DNA of 64,000 nt from an uncultured Verrucomicrobiota bacterium (GTDB taxonomy: Bacteria; Verrucomicrobiota; Verrucomicrobiia; Limisphaerales; UBA8199). Of this stretch, positions 18,953 through 27,457 are shown in pieces (within the stretch, counting starts at the first letter, position 1; each line of letters starts with the position of its first letter). The position numbers and the translations under genes were made by a program. The DNA lies in assembly GCA_903873945.1 (NCBI GenBank), contig CAIQQM010000018.1, positions 30,719 through 94,718 on the forward strand, read 5' to 3'. The notes beneath the pieces were generated by a model. The model was not told where the DNA came from and did no database searches. It was given only the letters and a program-made list of their open reading frames with translations.

Positions 18953-18998
18953 CCGCAGATGACGCGGATTATCGCAGAATAAAAAGAAAAAATCTGCG
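18953..18998. promoter_or_regulatory. Cluster of CGCRGAT-type motifs (3 direct copies plus 1 inverted) upstream of the GloVer gene
   Basis: Direct copies ccgcagat, acgcggatt and tcgcagaat are spaced 9-10 nt apart. The inverted copy aatctgcgg is at 18991-18999. tccgcagat and atctgcgga can pair (9 bp). Confidence 0.5.
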
Positions 18999-19032
18999 GA
19001 CACACTTGTTAAAGACATAATCCCAAAAAGAG

Positions 19033-20208
19033 ATGCGTAAATTCCTGAAATACTATCCCTATGTGCTGTGTGCTTGCGTCTGGTCTGTCGGGGCCGGAAC
19101 TGCTTGGACACAGGTCTGGCAGTTGAACCCGCTGGTTCAATTCAACGGCACCAACGGGGCGAATCCCAATACGGCTTTGATCCCGGGCAATAATGGCATT
19201 TACTATGGCACCACTTATAATCGCGGCAGCAACAATCTGGGCACGGTGTTCAACGTGACTACCAATGGAACGCTGACCACGCTGGTCAATTTCGCCAGGA
19301 CCAACGGGGCGAACCCCAAAGGGTTGACCTGGGGTGCCGATGGCAATCTCTACGGCACGACCTATTACGGCGGCGACAGCTCCAAAGGCACAGTGTTCGC
19401 CCTGACCACCAACGGGGCGTTGACCACGCTGGTCAGTTTCAACACTACCAATGGCGCAAACCCCAATGCGGCCTTGACGCCGGGGACGGACGGTTCTTTT
19501 TATGGCACAACCGTTTTCGGCGGTGACAACAAAGTTGGCACGGTCTTCCATGTGACCACCAACGGGACGCTGACCACGCTGGTCAGTTTCGCCAATACCA
19601 ACGGGGCGTTCCCCAATGCGGCCTTGACGCCGGGGACGGACGGCATTTTTTATGGCACAACGTCGCAAGGCGGCAGCAACAATCTGGGCACGGTGTTCAC
19701 CGTGACCACCAACGGAACCCTGACCACGCTGGCCAGCTTCAACGGTGCCAATGGCGCGTTCCCCAATGCGACGCTGACGCTGGGGCCGGACGGTTCTTTT
19801 TATGGCACGACCTTTCAAGGCGGCAGCAACAATCTGGATCTGGGCACGGTGTTCAAAATGACCACCAACGGAACCCTGACCACGCTGGTCAGTTTCAACA
19901 CCACCAATGGCGCAAACCCCGACGCGGACTTGACCCTGGGCGCTGATGGATCTTTCTATGGCACGACGTTTGGCAGCAGCAACGGACTGGGGATGCTGTT
20001 CCAATTGTCACCAGTCAGCGTGCCGCCCGTTCCTTTGGACATCAGCCCGCTTTCAAACACGGTGGTGTTAAGCTGGACCAATCCAGCCTTCAGCCTGCAA
20101 TCCGCGCCGGAGGTCTTTGGCAGCTACACAAACATTCCCGGCAGCGCGAGTCCTTACACCAATCCCATCAGCGGCGCCCGCCAGTTTTTCCGGCTCATCG
20201 AAAATTGA
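19033..20208 (+). CDS. GloVer (Gloeo_Verruco) tandem-repeat protein with C-terminal beta-sandwich-like '...FFRL' module
   Basis: 391 aa with a signal peptide. It has about 6 repeats of about 50 aa (TNGANPxxxLxxGxDGxxYGTTxxGGxxxxGTVFxxTTNGTLTTLVSF). The C-terminus is LSWTNPAFSLQSAPEVFGSYTNIPG...ARQFFRLIEN. Confidence 0.85.
   Translation: MRKFLKYYPYVLCACVWSVGAGTAWTQVWQLNPLVQFNGTNGANPNTALIPGNNGIYYGTTYNRGSNNLGTVFNVTTNGTLTTLVNFARTNGANPKGLTWGADGNLYGTTYYGGDSSKGTVFALTTNGALTTLVSFNTTNGANPNAALTPGTDGSFYGTTVFGGDNKVGTVFHVTTNGTLTTLVSFANTNGAFPNAALTPGTDGIFYGTTSQGGSNNLGTVFTVTTNGTLTTLASFNGANGAFPNATLTLGPDGSFYGTTFQGGSNNLDLGTVFKMTTNGTLTTLVSFNTTNGANPDADLTLGADGSFYGTTFGSSNGLGMLFQLSPVSVPPVPLDISPLSNTVVLSWTNPAFSLQSAPEVFGSYTNIPGSASPYTNPISGARQFFRLIEN
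19141..20010 (+). repeat. ~150-nt tandem DNA repeats encoding the GloVer units
   Basis: Near-identical blocks recur at 19264, 19411, 19561, 19711 and 19867 (aacggNacNctgaccacgctggtcagtttc...). The spacings are 147, 150, 150 and 156 nt. Confidence 0.8.
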
Positions 20209-20246
20209 AGCAACCGGTTTCAGTTAATCTCCACATTCGGAAAACA

Positions 20247-20276
20247 AATCAGGCCGGCTGCGAGGCCGGCCTGATT
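20247..20276. terminator. Bidirectional terminator-like hairpin between convergent genes
   Basis: aatcaggccggc/tgcgag/gccggcctgatt forms a 12-bp perfect stem. It lies between the stops at 20208 (+) and 20315 (-). Confidence 0.6.
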
Positions 20277-20314
20277 CTCAAGCTTGAACGGGGCAGAACG
20301 CCCGCGATGAGGGA

Positions 20315-21982
20315 TTACTGCCTTTCGGCTTGTTCAAACAATTTTCGTTCTTCAGGCAGAAACTGTCCTTTGGCGGTCAGTCGTAAATATATGGCGGCTT
20401 TCGCATTGTCGCCGGTCGCTTTCAAAATCAGTCCGTAATAACCGGCAATCGAGGGATTGGCCAACTGCACCGGGGTGAGCTGCTGCATGATTTTGAGCGC
20501 CTGGGCATACTGTTTCTTCAGGTAGAGCGAGAAGGCGTAGGTCGAGGCGTAGGACGGATTCTTGGGGGACTTGGCATAAACCACCTGCGCCAGTTCGTAG
20601 GGATGCAGTTCCTGCGCCCCTAACAACAGGGCGGTGAAAGCCAGGTCGTTTTTCATTTCCAAATCGTCCGGCGACCGGCTGGACAGGATGTCGAACAACT
20701 GCATCAAGGGCCGGGTGCGGCCACCGGCCATCAGTGACTGGAGCAGCACAGGCGGCGCCCATTTCTCCTCCGGATACCGCTTCACCACGGTCCAAAGAAT
20801 CTGTTCCGCCTCGCTGTTCCATTGCCATGCTGACGCCAGCCGCAGCAGTGAGAGCAGACTGCCTTTGGAGTCGCTGGCAAACTTCTGCGCTACCACCCAT
20901 TCGGACGCCGAAGCGTCGCTCAAATTCAGTTCCCGCAGGGCGCGGGCCAGAAACGTGTGCCGCATGAATTCCAGATCACCCCAGTTCTGCTTCTGAAGGG
21001 CGGTTTTCAAATTCGGCCAGTCGTGCAACTGCACCTGGCACTGGGCGGCCAGCAGGGCTGCCGGCTGGTTTGTCTGCGTTGTTACCGGCAGGCTCTGCAG
21101 CCAGGTCAGTGCCTTGGTCGCCGAAGCTCGTTGCATCAGCCAGAGGGTCATGTCTGACAGCTTGGCCGGGTTCGTGGCCGCTTCGCGCTGGCAGGCGGCC
21201 AGGGCGGATTTGTATTCCGGACTTTTGGTCTGCTCCAGCAACCCGAGTTGCAACAGCCGGTCCGAGAAGGCCGCGTTGGTCGGCCGCACCAGTTCCTTGA
21301 CTTGGGCCAGTGCCGTGTTCAAATCGTTATGACGGACGGAGTCAATCACCAGTTCGCGCTGGGCCTGGCTGCGGATTGCCGGATTGGTTGAGTTGAGGCT
21401 GATCCGTTTCAGATCAATCCGCGCCGACGCTTGGTCGAGCGTGTCGGTGCCATGCAGTCGCAGCACCGCCAGATTCATCTGCAGGATGGGATTCGCCGGA
21501 TCCAGGCGGATCGCCTCGGTGAAATGCGTTTGCGCCGCCGCCAGCTGTCCGCCACTGGTGGCCAGCACCCCGGCGACGTTCTGGTAATTGGCGGTGTTTT
21601 TGCCACTGTCATCCACGGTGGCCAGGGCGTTGGAGGCCACAGCGAATTCCTTCAAGGCAATGGCCGTCTGGGCCAGGGCGAGGCGATCCTCCAAGGAACC
21701 GGGATCCAGATCCACAATACGCTGCCGCCAGATCAGGGCACCGGGCGAGTGCAGGGCGTCGGCGAGATTCGCCATCAGGCGGCAGGCTTCCCAATTCCGA
21801 GGGTTCAGATGCAGTGCCTGTTGCAGGCAAAGGAGTTCGTTGCGTGTGTCGGCTTTGGCGGCAAAGCTTTTAGCCATGACGAGCCAATGATTTTGCTTCC
21901 AAACCTGATAGCCCCGGTAGCCGGTGTAACCCAGCAGCAGCGTGACAATGCAGCTGGCGATGATGATGATGGATTTGCGCAT
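20315..21982 (-). CDS. TPR-repeat protein with N-terminal membrane anchor (PrsT-like position in the exosortase locus)
   Basis: 555 aa with an N-terminal hydrophobic segment and repeated TPR-like helical units. It is the last gene of the minus-strand EPS block. Confidence 0.7.
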   Translation of the reverse strand: MRKSIIIIASCIVTLLLGYTGYRGYQVWKQNHWLVMAKSFAAKADTRNELLCLQQALHLNPRNWEACRLMANLADALHSPGALIWRQRIVDLDPGSLEDRLALAQTAIALKEFAVASNALATVDDSGKNTANYQNVAGVLATSGGQLAAAQTHFTEAIRLDPANPILQMNLAVLRLHGTDTLDQASARIDLKRISLNSTNPAIRSQAQRELVIDSVRHNDLNTALAQVKELVRPTNAAFSDRLLQLGLLEQTKSPEYKSALAACQREAATNPAKLSDMTLWLMQRASATKALTWLQSLPVTTQTNQPAALLAAQCQVQLHDWPNLKTALQKQNWGDLEFMRHTFLARALRELNLSDASASEWVVAQKFASDSKGSLLSLLRLASAWQWNSEAEQILWTVVKRYPEEKWAPPVLLQSLMAGGRTRPLMQLFDILSSRSPDDLEMKNDLAFTALLLGAQELHPYELAQVVYAKSPKNPSYASTYAFSLYLKKQYAQALKIMQQLTPVQLANPSIAGYYGLILKATGDNAKAAIYLRLTAKGQFLPEERKLFEQAERQ

Positions 21983-22001
21983 CTTAAATCGGTTGATGTT
22001 G

Positions 22002-23891
22002 TTAATTTGTTGCGGCCTCGGCTACGGACAAAACCTGCTCATGCTCCTCGGGCTGCCATTCGCTCAACTTGATGCCCGTTCGCGCCGCGATTTCCTGAAC
22101 AGCACACCGGCTTTCCGGTAGCAGCTCCGAAACGATGATGACACGGCCGACTTTCCGCCGTTCGATCAGCACCGGCAGTTCTTTCAGTCCACCCAGTATA
22201 AGGAACCCATAAACCCATTGAAAATGCAACGACTTTTCATCGTCAATGAACCCCAGAATCAGGCGTCCGTCTGGGTTGCGGGAGGTTTTCAGCGCGCGAT
22301 TCTTCAAAAACAACTGCGCGCGGATGCCCGCGCCGTAGAGCAGCACTCGTTCGGTTTCGCCTGCCGCCTCGTTCTGCCGTTTCAGCCACAACATCAATTC
22401 CTCGATGCTCCGGTAGAACAGCCTCGAAGCCAGGATCACCGGATGACTCATGCCCGCAACCAGAACCGTCCGGAGAACCCACTTCGCGCCGTGCACTGGA
22501 TCAATGACTAGAGCCAGCCCCAGACTGAAAAGAATTCCCGTCTGCAGCCAGACCATGACTATCAGCACGTCACGAAGCCGGGCGCGCGGCCAGCAGGTGA
22601 TGTAAGTGCGCGAGAGCGCCAAAAGCGAAAAGGTTGGCGTCACCCAGACCGGCAGGTCCACAAACCAGACGTGCCAGAAATCCACCCGCTGACCTTCAAT
22701 GACCCACATAATCAAGGCTAGCGAACCTGCCAGCCAGACCATGTCCCAGACCGGGTAGGCCAGCGCCTTGAACGTCGTATGCGTGGGCCGGTGCAGGCCC
22801 ATCAGCAACGCCCGGCCGGTTTCGCGCAATTCAATGACGGCGAGCTGCCGCAGCAAAACATACACGCCCGCCAACAGCGCGATCAGGAAGATGCCCGCCG
22901 CGTGCGACTGGAAAAGCATGATCAGCAAACTGACCGTCACTAGGGCGCCGTTCAGCACATAAAGCGACGTGGCCACCCGCTGGGTGCTGAAGCCGGATTT
23001 AATCAGGCGATGATGCAGATGCTCCACGTCCGGCTGCATGATGCCGCGCCTTTCGCCCACACTTTGGCCGCTCATCCACGAGCGCACCGAGCGCCGCCAG
23101 ATCGCCAGCAGCGCGTCGTAAATCGGCACGCCCAGCACCATGATGGGAATGGTCATGGAAATCAGGAATGTGTTCTTGTTGAAGGTTTGCAGTGAAACCA
23201 CGCCTAGCGTGAACCCAATAAACATGCTGCCGGTGTCGCCCAGAAAAATGCTGGCCGGATGAAAATTATACCGCAAAAATCCCAGGCACGCGCCGATGAA
23301 ACCCAACAGCAGCAGCACCTCGCCGGGAACGTGCTGCATCAGAAGAATGCCGGACAAGCCCACAGCGGAGATGATGGCCAACCCCGCCGCCAGCCCGTCC
23401 AGCCCGTCAATCAGGTTGAAGGCATTGATGATGGCCACCAGCCAGACCACCACCAAAATGCAATCCACGGGGGCCGGCAAATCGTAGCCCAGCAACTGGC
23501 CAAAGTGGGTTCCCGAAAACCACATCAGCAACGCCGCCGTCACCTGTCCACCGAGCTTGACCAGCGGTTTCATGCTGCGGATGTCGTCAATCACCCCGAC
23601 CACCAGCAGCACCAGCGAGGCCAGCGCGAATTTTTCCCACCAGATAAAATCCAGCGCGTCGGCGATTTGCGGCCACGGAAATAAAACGGCCACCAGACAC
23701 GAGGCGTGAACCCCCAGCACCACCGCCACGCCGCCGCCCCGCGCAGTTGGCCGTTTGTGCGGCCGCCGCGCATCCGGCAAGTCCACCACGCCAAACCGGA
23801 TGGCCAGGCTCCGCACCAGCGGCGTAAGCAGGTAGGTCACAACGAAGCCGGCGAGAAAGATCAAAATATATTTGTCCAAATCACCAAACAT
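22002..23891 (-). CDS. WecA/MraY-family polyprenyl-phosphate HexNAc-1-phosphate transferase with a C-terminal TM plus Rossmann-like extension
   Basis: 629 aa. The N-terminal half has the NLIDGLDGLAAG signature and a WecA-like start. The C-terminal ~270 aa has extra TM helices followed by RVLLYGAGIRAQLF...ILGFIDDE...VGRVIIVSE, which resembles the N-terminal module of WbaP/PglF-type proteins. Confidence 0.8.
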   Translation of the reverse strand: MFGDLDKYILIFLAGFVVTYLLTPLVRSLAIRFGVVDLPDARRPHKRPTARGGGVAVVLGVHASCLVAVLFPWPQIADALDFIWWEKFALASLVLLVVGVIDDIRSMKPLVKLGGQVTAALLMWFSGTHFGQLLGYDLPAPVDCILVVVWLVAIINAFNLIDGLDGLAAGLAIISAVGLSGILLMQHVPGEVLLLLGFIGACLGFLRYNFHPASIFLGDTGSMFIGFTLGVVSLQTFNKNTFLISMTIPIMVLGVPIYDALLAIWRRSVRSWMSGQSVGERRGIMQPDVEHLHHRLIKSGFSTQRVATSLYVLNGALVTVSLLIMLFQSHAAGIFLIALLAGVYVLLRQLAVIELRETGRALLMGLHRPTHTTFKALAYPVWDMVWLAGSLALIMWVIEGQRVDFWHVWFVDLPVWVTPTFSLLALSRTYITCWPRARLRDVLIVMVWLQTGILFSLGLALVIDPVHGAKWVLRTVLVAGMSHPVILASRLFYRSIEELMLWLKRQNEAAGETERVLLYGAGIRAQLFLKNRALKTSRNPDGRLILGFIDDEKSLHFQWVYGFLILGGLKELPVLIERRKVGRVIIVSELLPESRCAVQEIAARTGIKLSEWQPEEHEQVLSVAEAATN

Positions 23892-23937
23892 ATTATTGGT
23901 CGCGCGTTCTCAAAATGGAGGTCGTTTGCATCTGACG

Positions 23938-25158
23938 TCAGGTTTTGCGGTTGGTGGCTTCAATCGCAGCCACCAAGCGCGGCAGCAAAGTTTCTTTGGA
24001 AAAACATTCTCCCAACGGCTCAAAATTCTGACGGCCAACTTGGGCCACGGCTGACTTCAGTTCAAGAATTGTTTTGACGGCCGACGCCGGATCGCCATGC
24101 GGTGTCCAACCGACCGGCAGCCGGCCGTTGAGCTGGTCGAGGATTTTTGAGATGTGACTGGGTCGTGGTCCCATGTAAAGAATGGGCGCATTCACCCGCA
24201 GCAAATTGTAGGCCTTGCACGGATGCACGAGGCCGACAAACGGATCGCCCATCACCACGAGATGCAGGTCCGCCGCCGAGAGCACGCCGGCCAGTTGGTC
24301 GAGCGGCTGATACGGCAGGCAGAGCACGTTCGGCAATTTGTTTTCCTGCGCAAAGGTTTTAACGCGGCGCTGCTCCGAACCGCCGCCGACAAAGCAAAAC
24401 GAAATGTCCGCCGCGCTCATGGCCAGTTCTTTCATGGCGGCGAGAACGGTGGTCAGCGGATGACACGGGCTGTGGTTGCCGGCATACATGACCACAAACT
24501 TTTTTTCCAAGCCGTGCGTTTTCCGGAATGCCGCGCGGCCGGCCGGATCAAACCGCACTTCGGCATCATGCGACCACGGCGGGATCACCGCGATTTTTCC
24601 GGCGGCGATGCCTTTCGCCAAAATCCGCCGCTCCATGAATTCATCCAGCACCACGACCACCGCCGCCTGTTTCAGACTGAAGCGGGAAAGCCGTTCGAGC
24701 CATTTCGCCGCGAATGAACCGGGCGAGAGCCAGCCGGCAGCGATAGCTTCGTCGGGATTCAAGTCCATGATCCAGTAGCAAAATTTCGCGCCGCGCAGCC
24801 GCGCATAGCCGGCGGCAATCACCGAGACCAGCGGCGGCGAGGTCAGCGCCACAATCACCTCCGGTTTCGGGAGCAGGGCCAGCCGTCTGCAACTGGAAAG
24901 GAGGAACGTCAAAAAATCCGCCGCGCGCCGCCATTTCGCGTGCTTGCCAAAGCCAGTGTTGAACACGCGAAAAATTTTGATGTCGCGCCAAGTTTCACGG
25001 GCCGGAAATTTTTTTGCCGGATCATCATAAGCCCGGCGGCTGGTGATCACCGTGACCTCATGGCCGCGTGCCGCCAAGCTGACGGCGAGGTCGGCCAGAT
25101 GCTGTCCGCTGGAAACCACATCCGGGTAAAAAGCCTGGTTGATGAGCGTGATGCGCAT
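23938..25158 (-). CDS. Glycosyltransferase, GT-B fold (GT4 family, WcaI-like)
   Basis: I trimmed the start to MRITLINQAFYPDVVSSGQHLADLAVSLAARGHEVTVIT (ATG at 25158), 2 nt after the upstream stop. The track's extension to 25365 overlaps the exosortase gene. Confidence 0.85.
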   Translation of the reverse strand: MRITLINQAFYPDVVSSGQHLADLAVSLAARGHEVTVITSRRAYDDPAKKFPARETWRDIKIFRVFNTGFGKHAKWRRAADFLTFLLSSCRRLALLPKPEVIVALTSPPLVSVIAAGYARLRGAKFCYWIMDLNPDEAIAAGWLSPGSFAAKWLERLSRFSLKQAAVVVVLDEFMERRILAKGIAAGKIAVIPPWSHDAEVRFDPAGRAAFRKTHGLEKKFVVMYAGNHSPCHPLTTVLAAMKELAMSAADISFCFVGGGSEQRRVKTFAQENKLPNVLCLPYQPLDQLAGVLSAADLHLVVMGDPFVGLVHPCKAYNLLRVNAPILYMGPRPSHISKILDQLNGRLPVGWTPHGDPASAVKTILELKSAVAQVGRQNFEPLGECFSKETLLPRLVAAIEATNRKT

Positions 25159-25160
25159 GG

Positions 25161-26786
25161 CTATTTTCCGACCTTCACCAACTTGTCCAGTTCGTCTGCC
25201 AATTCCTGCCCGGCCGCTTTGGGATCGTTGCTGCCGGTAATGATGATTTCCAAAACCTTCTGTCCCTGGTTGCCGCGGCCGGCCCAGACGCCCCGGATGA
25301 GGTTGAAGCGGGATGATTCGTCCGCCGTGTAGGTGTCCCGGCCTTCGCCAGCCTCCCAATGGCAATGATAAACCTGCAACGCTCCCTCGGAGCTGTCAAA
25401 AACGTAATGTCGCATCGGCAATTTGACACCATTCACATCCAGCACCGTCAGTTCCGGTCCGGAGACCATTTTCAAGCCGATCGCCGTCATGCAAATGTCG
25501 GGCGTGTGGCGCTTGGCCAGATAACCGGCGATGCGGCCGGGTTTCCAATCGAAATAAAACGCCTGCCAGAGGGTGCCGTCCGGGCCACGCCATTGGCCTT
25601 TCTGGCCGTCATCGAACCGCAGCAGTTCGTGTTCTTCCTCGGTCAGCGACAGCGGCTTGAAGGTCGGGTTGTTCGTGGAAAAATTCACCGACCAGTCCGG
25701 GCCGGGTTTCAAATGCGATTCGCGGATTCGATACCAAAGCTCCACGCCGCTCTCGACCGCAACCAGCCAGACGATCAAGATCAGGCCAAGCCGTTTCAGT
25801 CTGCAAAGCATGACCTCACCGTTGGCGGTTGGCGGCGCGCCCCCGCCGGGTGATGCCGGCTGGCGAACATCGGCGGGCGTGTGCCGGCGGTTCAACAGCC
25901 AGGCTGCGCTCCAGAGCAGCGCCGTGCAGACCAGCAAAATGGTTAGGCCTGCCTCGTCGTGATATTCGGCGATGGCCGCGATGCCTTTTTTTGCCGTAAT
26001 CCAAGTGAGCAGTGAGGCGCGGCAGAGATTCAACAGCATCGCCAGTGCAAAGCTGACGGGCACCAGCAGAATCCGCCGCCGCCAGTTGAACAAATAAAAT
26101 TCACCCAGAAATAGCGAAATCATCAGGCTGGATTGAAACGAGCGGATGCCGCTGCACGCATCGTTGATGCCGACGAAACCCATGCTGACTTCGATCACGT
26201 TGCCGTGCTGGATCGCCGGCACGTTCAGGAAGCTCAACACCACCACGACCAGCGCGGCGTTCATCCGGCTCAAGCCTTGGATGATCGGCGCTTCGATGAG
26301 CGTGGGCCACGGCACCGCTACCAAAAAAAACAATACTGGAAAGGCAAACTGCCGCAGCCATTTTTTCCCGCCGGCGAGATAAATGGCGTAAAGCGTCAGC
26401 CCGACGGTTTCAAAAGCCAGCAGCCATTGGACAGGCCGCCATTCCGGCGTGGCCGCTTCAATCAGCCGGGTGGGCAGATACAGAAACGCCAGCGCGCCGC
26501 AGAGCAACACCGTCAGCCAAGGATTGCCGGCCGACGAAACCTGATTTTGGTTTGCTGCGTGCAGCCAGCGCCGCAGCAGTAATCCAATCACCAGGAACGG
26601 GACGACCAAGCTGTAACTGTATTGCGGGTTTGAGGACCATTCCAGCCGGAGGTTGTCAACCAGCCGGAACCACAGATAGCCCAGCGGCAAAGCCACCAGC
26701 GCCCATTTCAGGAGGAAGCGGCTTTTCACGGATTGCCCCGGCGGAAGGATGCCCACCGCACTGGAGGAAGCTTCGGGCTTATCCAT
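25161..26786 (-). CDS. Exosortase fused to an EpsI-like C-terminal domain
   Basis: 541 aa. The N-terminal ~320 aa is polytopic and carries the exosortase catalytic motif ACSGIRS. The C-terminal ~200 aa carries the EpsI-like KRHTPDICMTAIGLK motif. Confidence 0.85.
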   Translation of the reverse strand: MDKPEASSSAVGILPPGQSVKSRFLLKWALVALPLGYLWFRLVDNLRLEWSSNPQYSYSLVVPFLVIGLLLRRWLHAANQNQVSSAGNPWLTVLLCGALAFLYLPTRLIEAATPEWRPVQWLLAFETVGLTLYAIYLAGGKKWLRQFAFPVLFFLVAVPWPTLIEAPIIQGLSRMNAALVVVVLSFLNVPAIQHGNVIEVSMGFVGINDACSGIRSFQSSLMISLFLGEFYLFNWRRRILLVPVSFALAMLLNLCRASLLTWITAKKGIAAIAEYHDEAGLTILLVCTALLWSAAWLLNRRHTPADVRQPASPGGGAPPTANGEVMLCRLKRLGLILIVWLVAVESGVELWYRIRESHLKPGPDWSVNFSTNNPTFKPLSLTEEEHELLRFDDGQKGQWRGPDGTLWQAFYFDWKPGRIAGYLAKRHTPDICMTAIGLKMVSGPELTVLDVNGVKLPMRHYVFDSSEGALQVYHCHWEAGEGRDTYTADESSRFNLIRGVWAGRGNQGQKVLEIIITGSNDPKAAGQELADELDKLVKVGK

Positions 26787-26810
26787 GTTGATTTGATTGT
26801 TGGATTGCGC

Positions 26811-27422
26811 TCATGAAATGACGCGCTGCTTGACCAGAACGGCGGGATTGCCCCGGTAAATTCCATTGGCGGCGAGATTTTTAGTCGCCACGGAACCCGC
26901 CGTCAAAACCGCGTGCGCACCAAGCGTCACGCTGGGGCCAACCCAGCAGCCAGCTCCAATCCAGACACCGTCCTCCAGCGTGATCGGCCGCGTGATCAAA
27001 TCGAAGGTGGCATGTTTGTAATCGTGGCTGCCGGTGCAGAGAAAAGCTCGCTGGGAAATGCAGACATGGCTGCCGATGACCAACTGCTCCAGGTTTAGCA
27101 GCCAGCATTCCTCGCCGAGCCAGACATGATCGCCGACCGTCAGCTTCCACGGAAATGTGATTTTGACCTGCGGCTTGATGGTGACGTTGCGTCCGATGCG
27201 CGCTCCGAATGCGCGCAGCACCGCCCGCTTCAAGGCGGAAAAACTGAACGGACACAGCCGGAACAAAATCAAGCTGACGACCAGCCAAAAAGCTTCCTTC
27301 ACCGGGCCCGCGCCCCGGTCGAACCGGCCCGGCGTATAGTGCGATAAATCCACCGGCAGCGACCGGCTTTCCGGCGCGGGAGCAGTTTGGCCGCTGCCAG
27401 ATTGGGATTGGGATTTACTCAT
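26811..27422 (-). CDS. Hexapeptide-repeat acetyltransferase (WcaF-like)
   Basis: I trimmed the start to MSKSQSQSGSG (ATG at 27422). It has left-handed beta-helix hexapeptide repeats (GSHVCISQRAFL..., GVWIGAGCWVGPSVTLGAHAVLTAGSV). Confidence 0.8.
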   Translation of the reverse strand: MSKSQSQSGSGQTAPAPESRSLPVDLSHYTPGRFDRGAGPVKEAFWLVVSLILFRLCPFSFSALKRAVLRAFGARIGRNVTIKPQVKITFPWKLTVGDHVWLGEECWLLNLEQLVIGSHVCISQRAFLCTGSHDYKHATFDLITRPITLEDGVWIGAGCWVGPSVTLGAHAVLTAGSVATKNLAANGIYRGNPAVLVKQRVIS

Positions 27423-27457
27423 TTCCTGACCAATGTAACCGGTTCGAGGCGGCGGCT

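Noticed and set aside
19009-20004. 331-aa minus-strand ORF with its own internal repeats (..GQRGQGSVGGH..)
   Set aside because: It is the mirror image of the GloVer tandem repeats. The plus-strand product has a signal peptide and matches a known repeat family, so the periodicity of the antisense ORF is an artefact.
23938-25365. Long N-terminal extensions in the track for 23938..25365, 26811..27800, 4754..5680, 33005..35023, 35237..36226, 39926..41266 and 58998..60392
   Set aside because: The extensions overlap upstream genes or are Arg/Pro/Gly-rich junk. In each case an internal ATG gives a family-typical N-terminus (for example MRITLINQ, MSKSQ, MKSWLSRRNLL, MSKLIRNL, MTFTVMITTKNR, MKILHLATHD, MAFIITPGQ) and sensible intergenic spacing.
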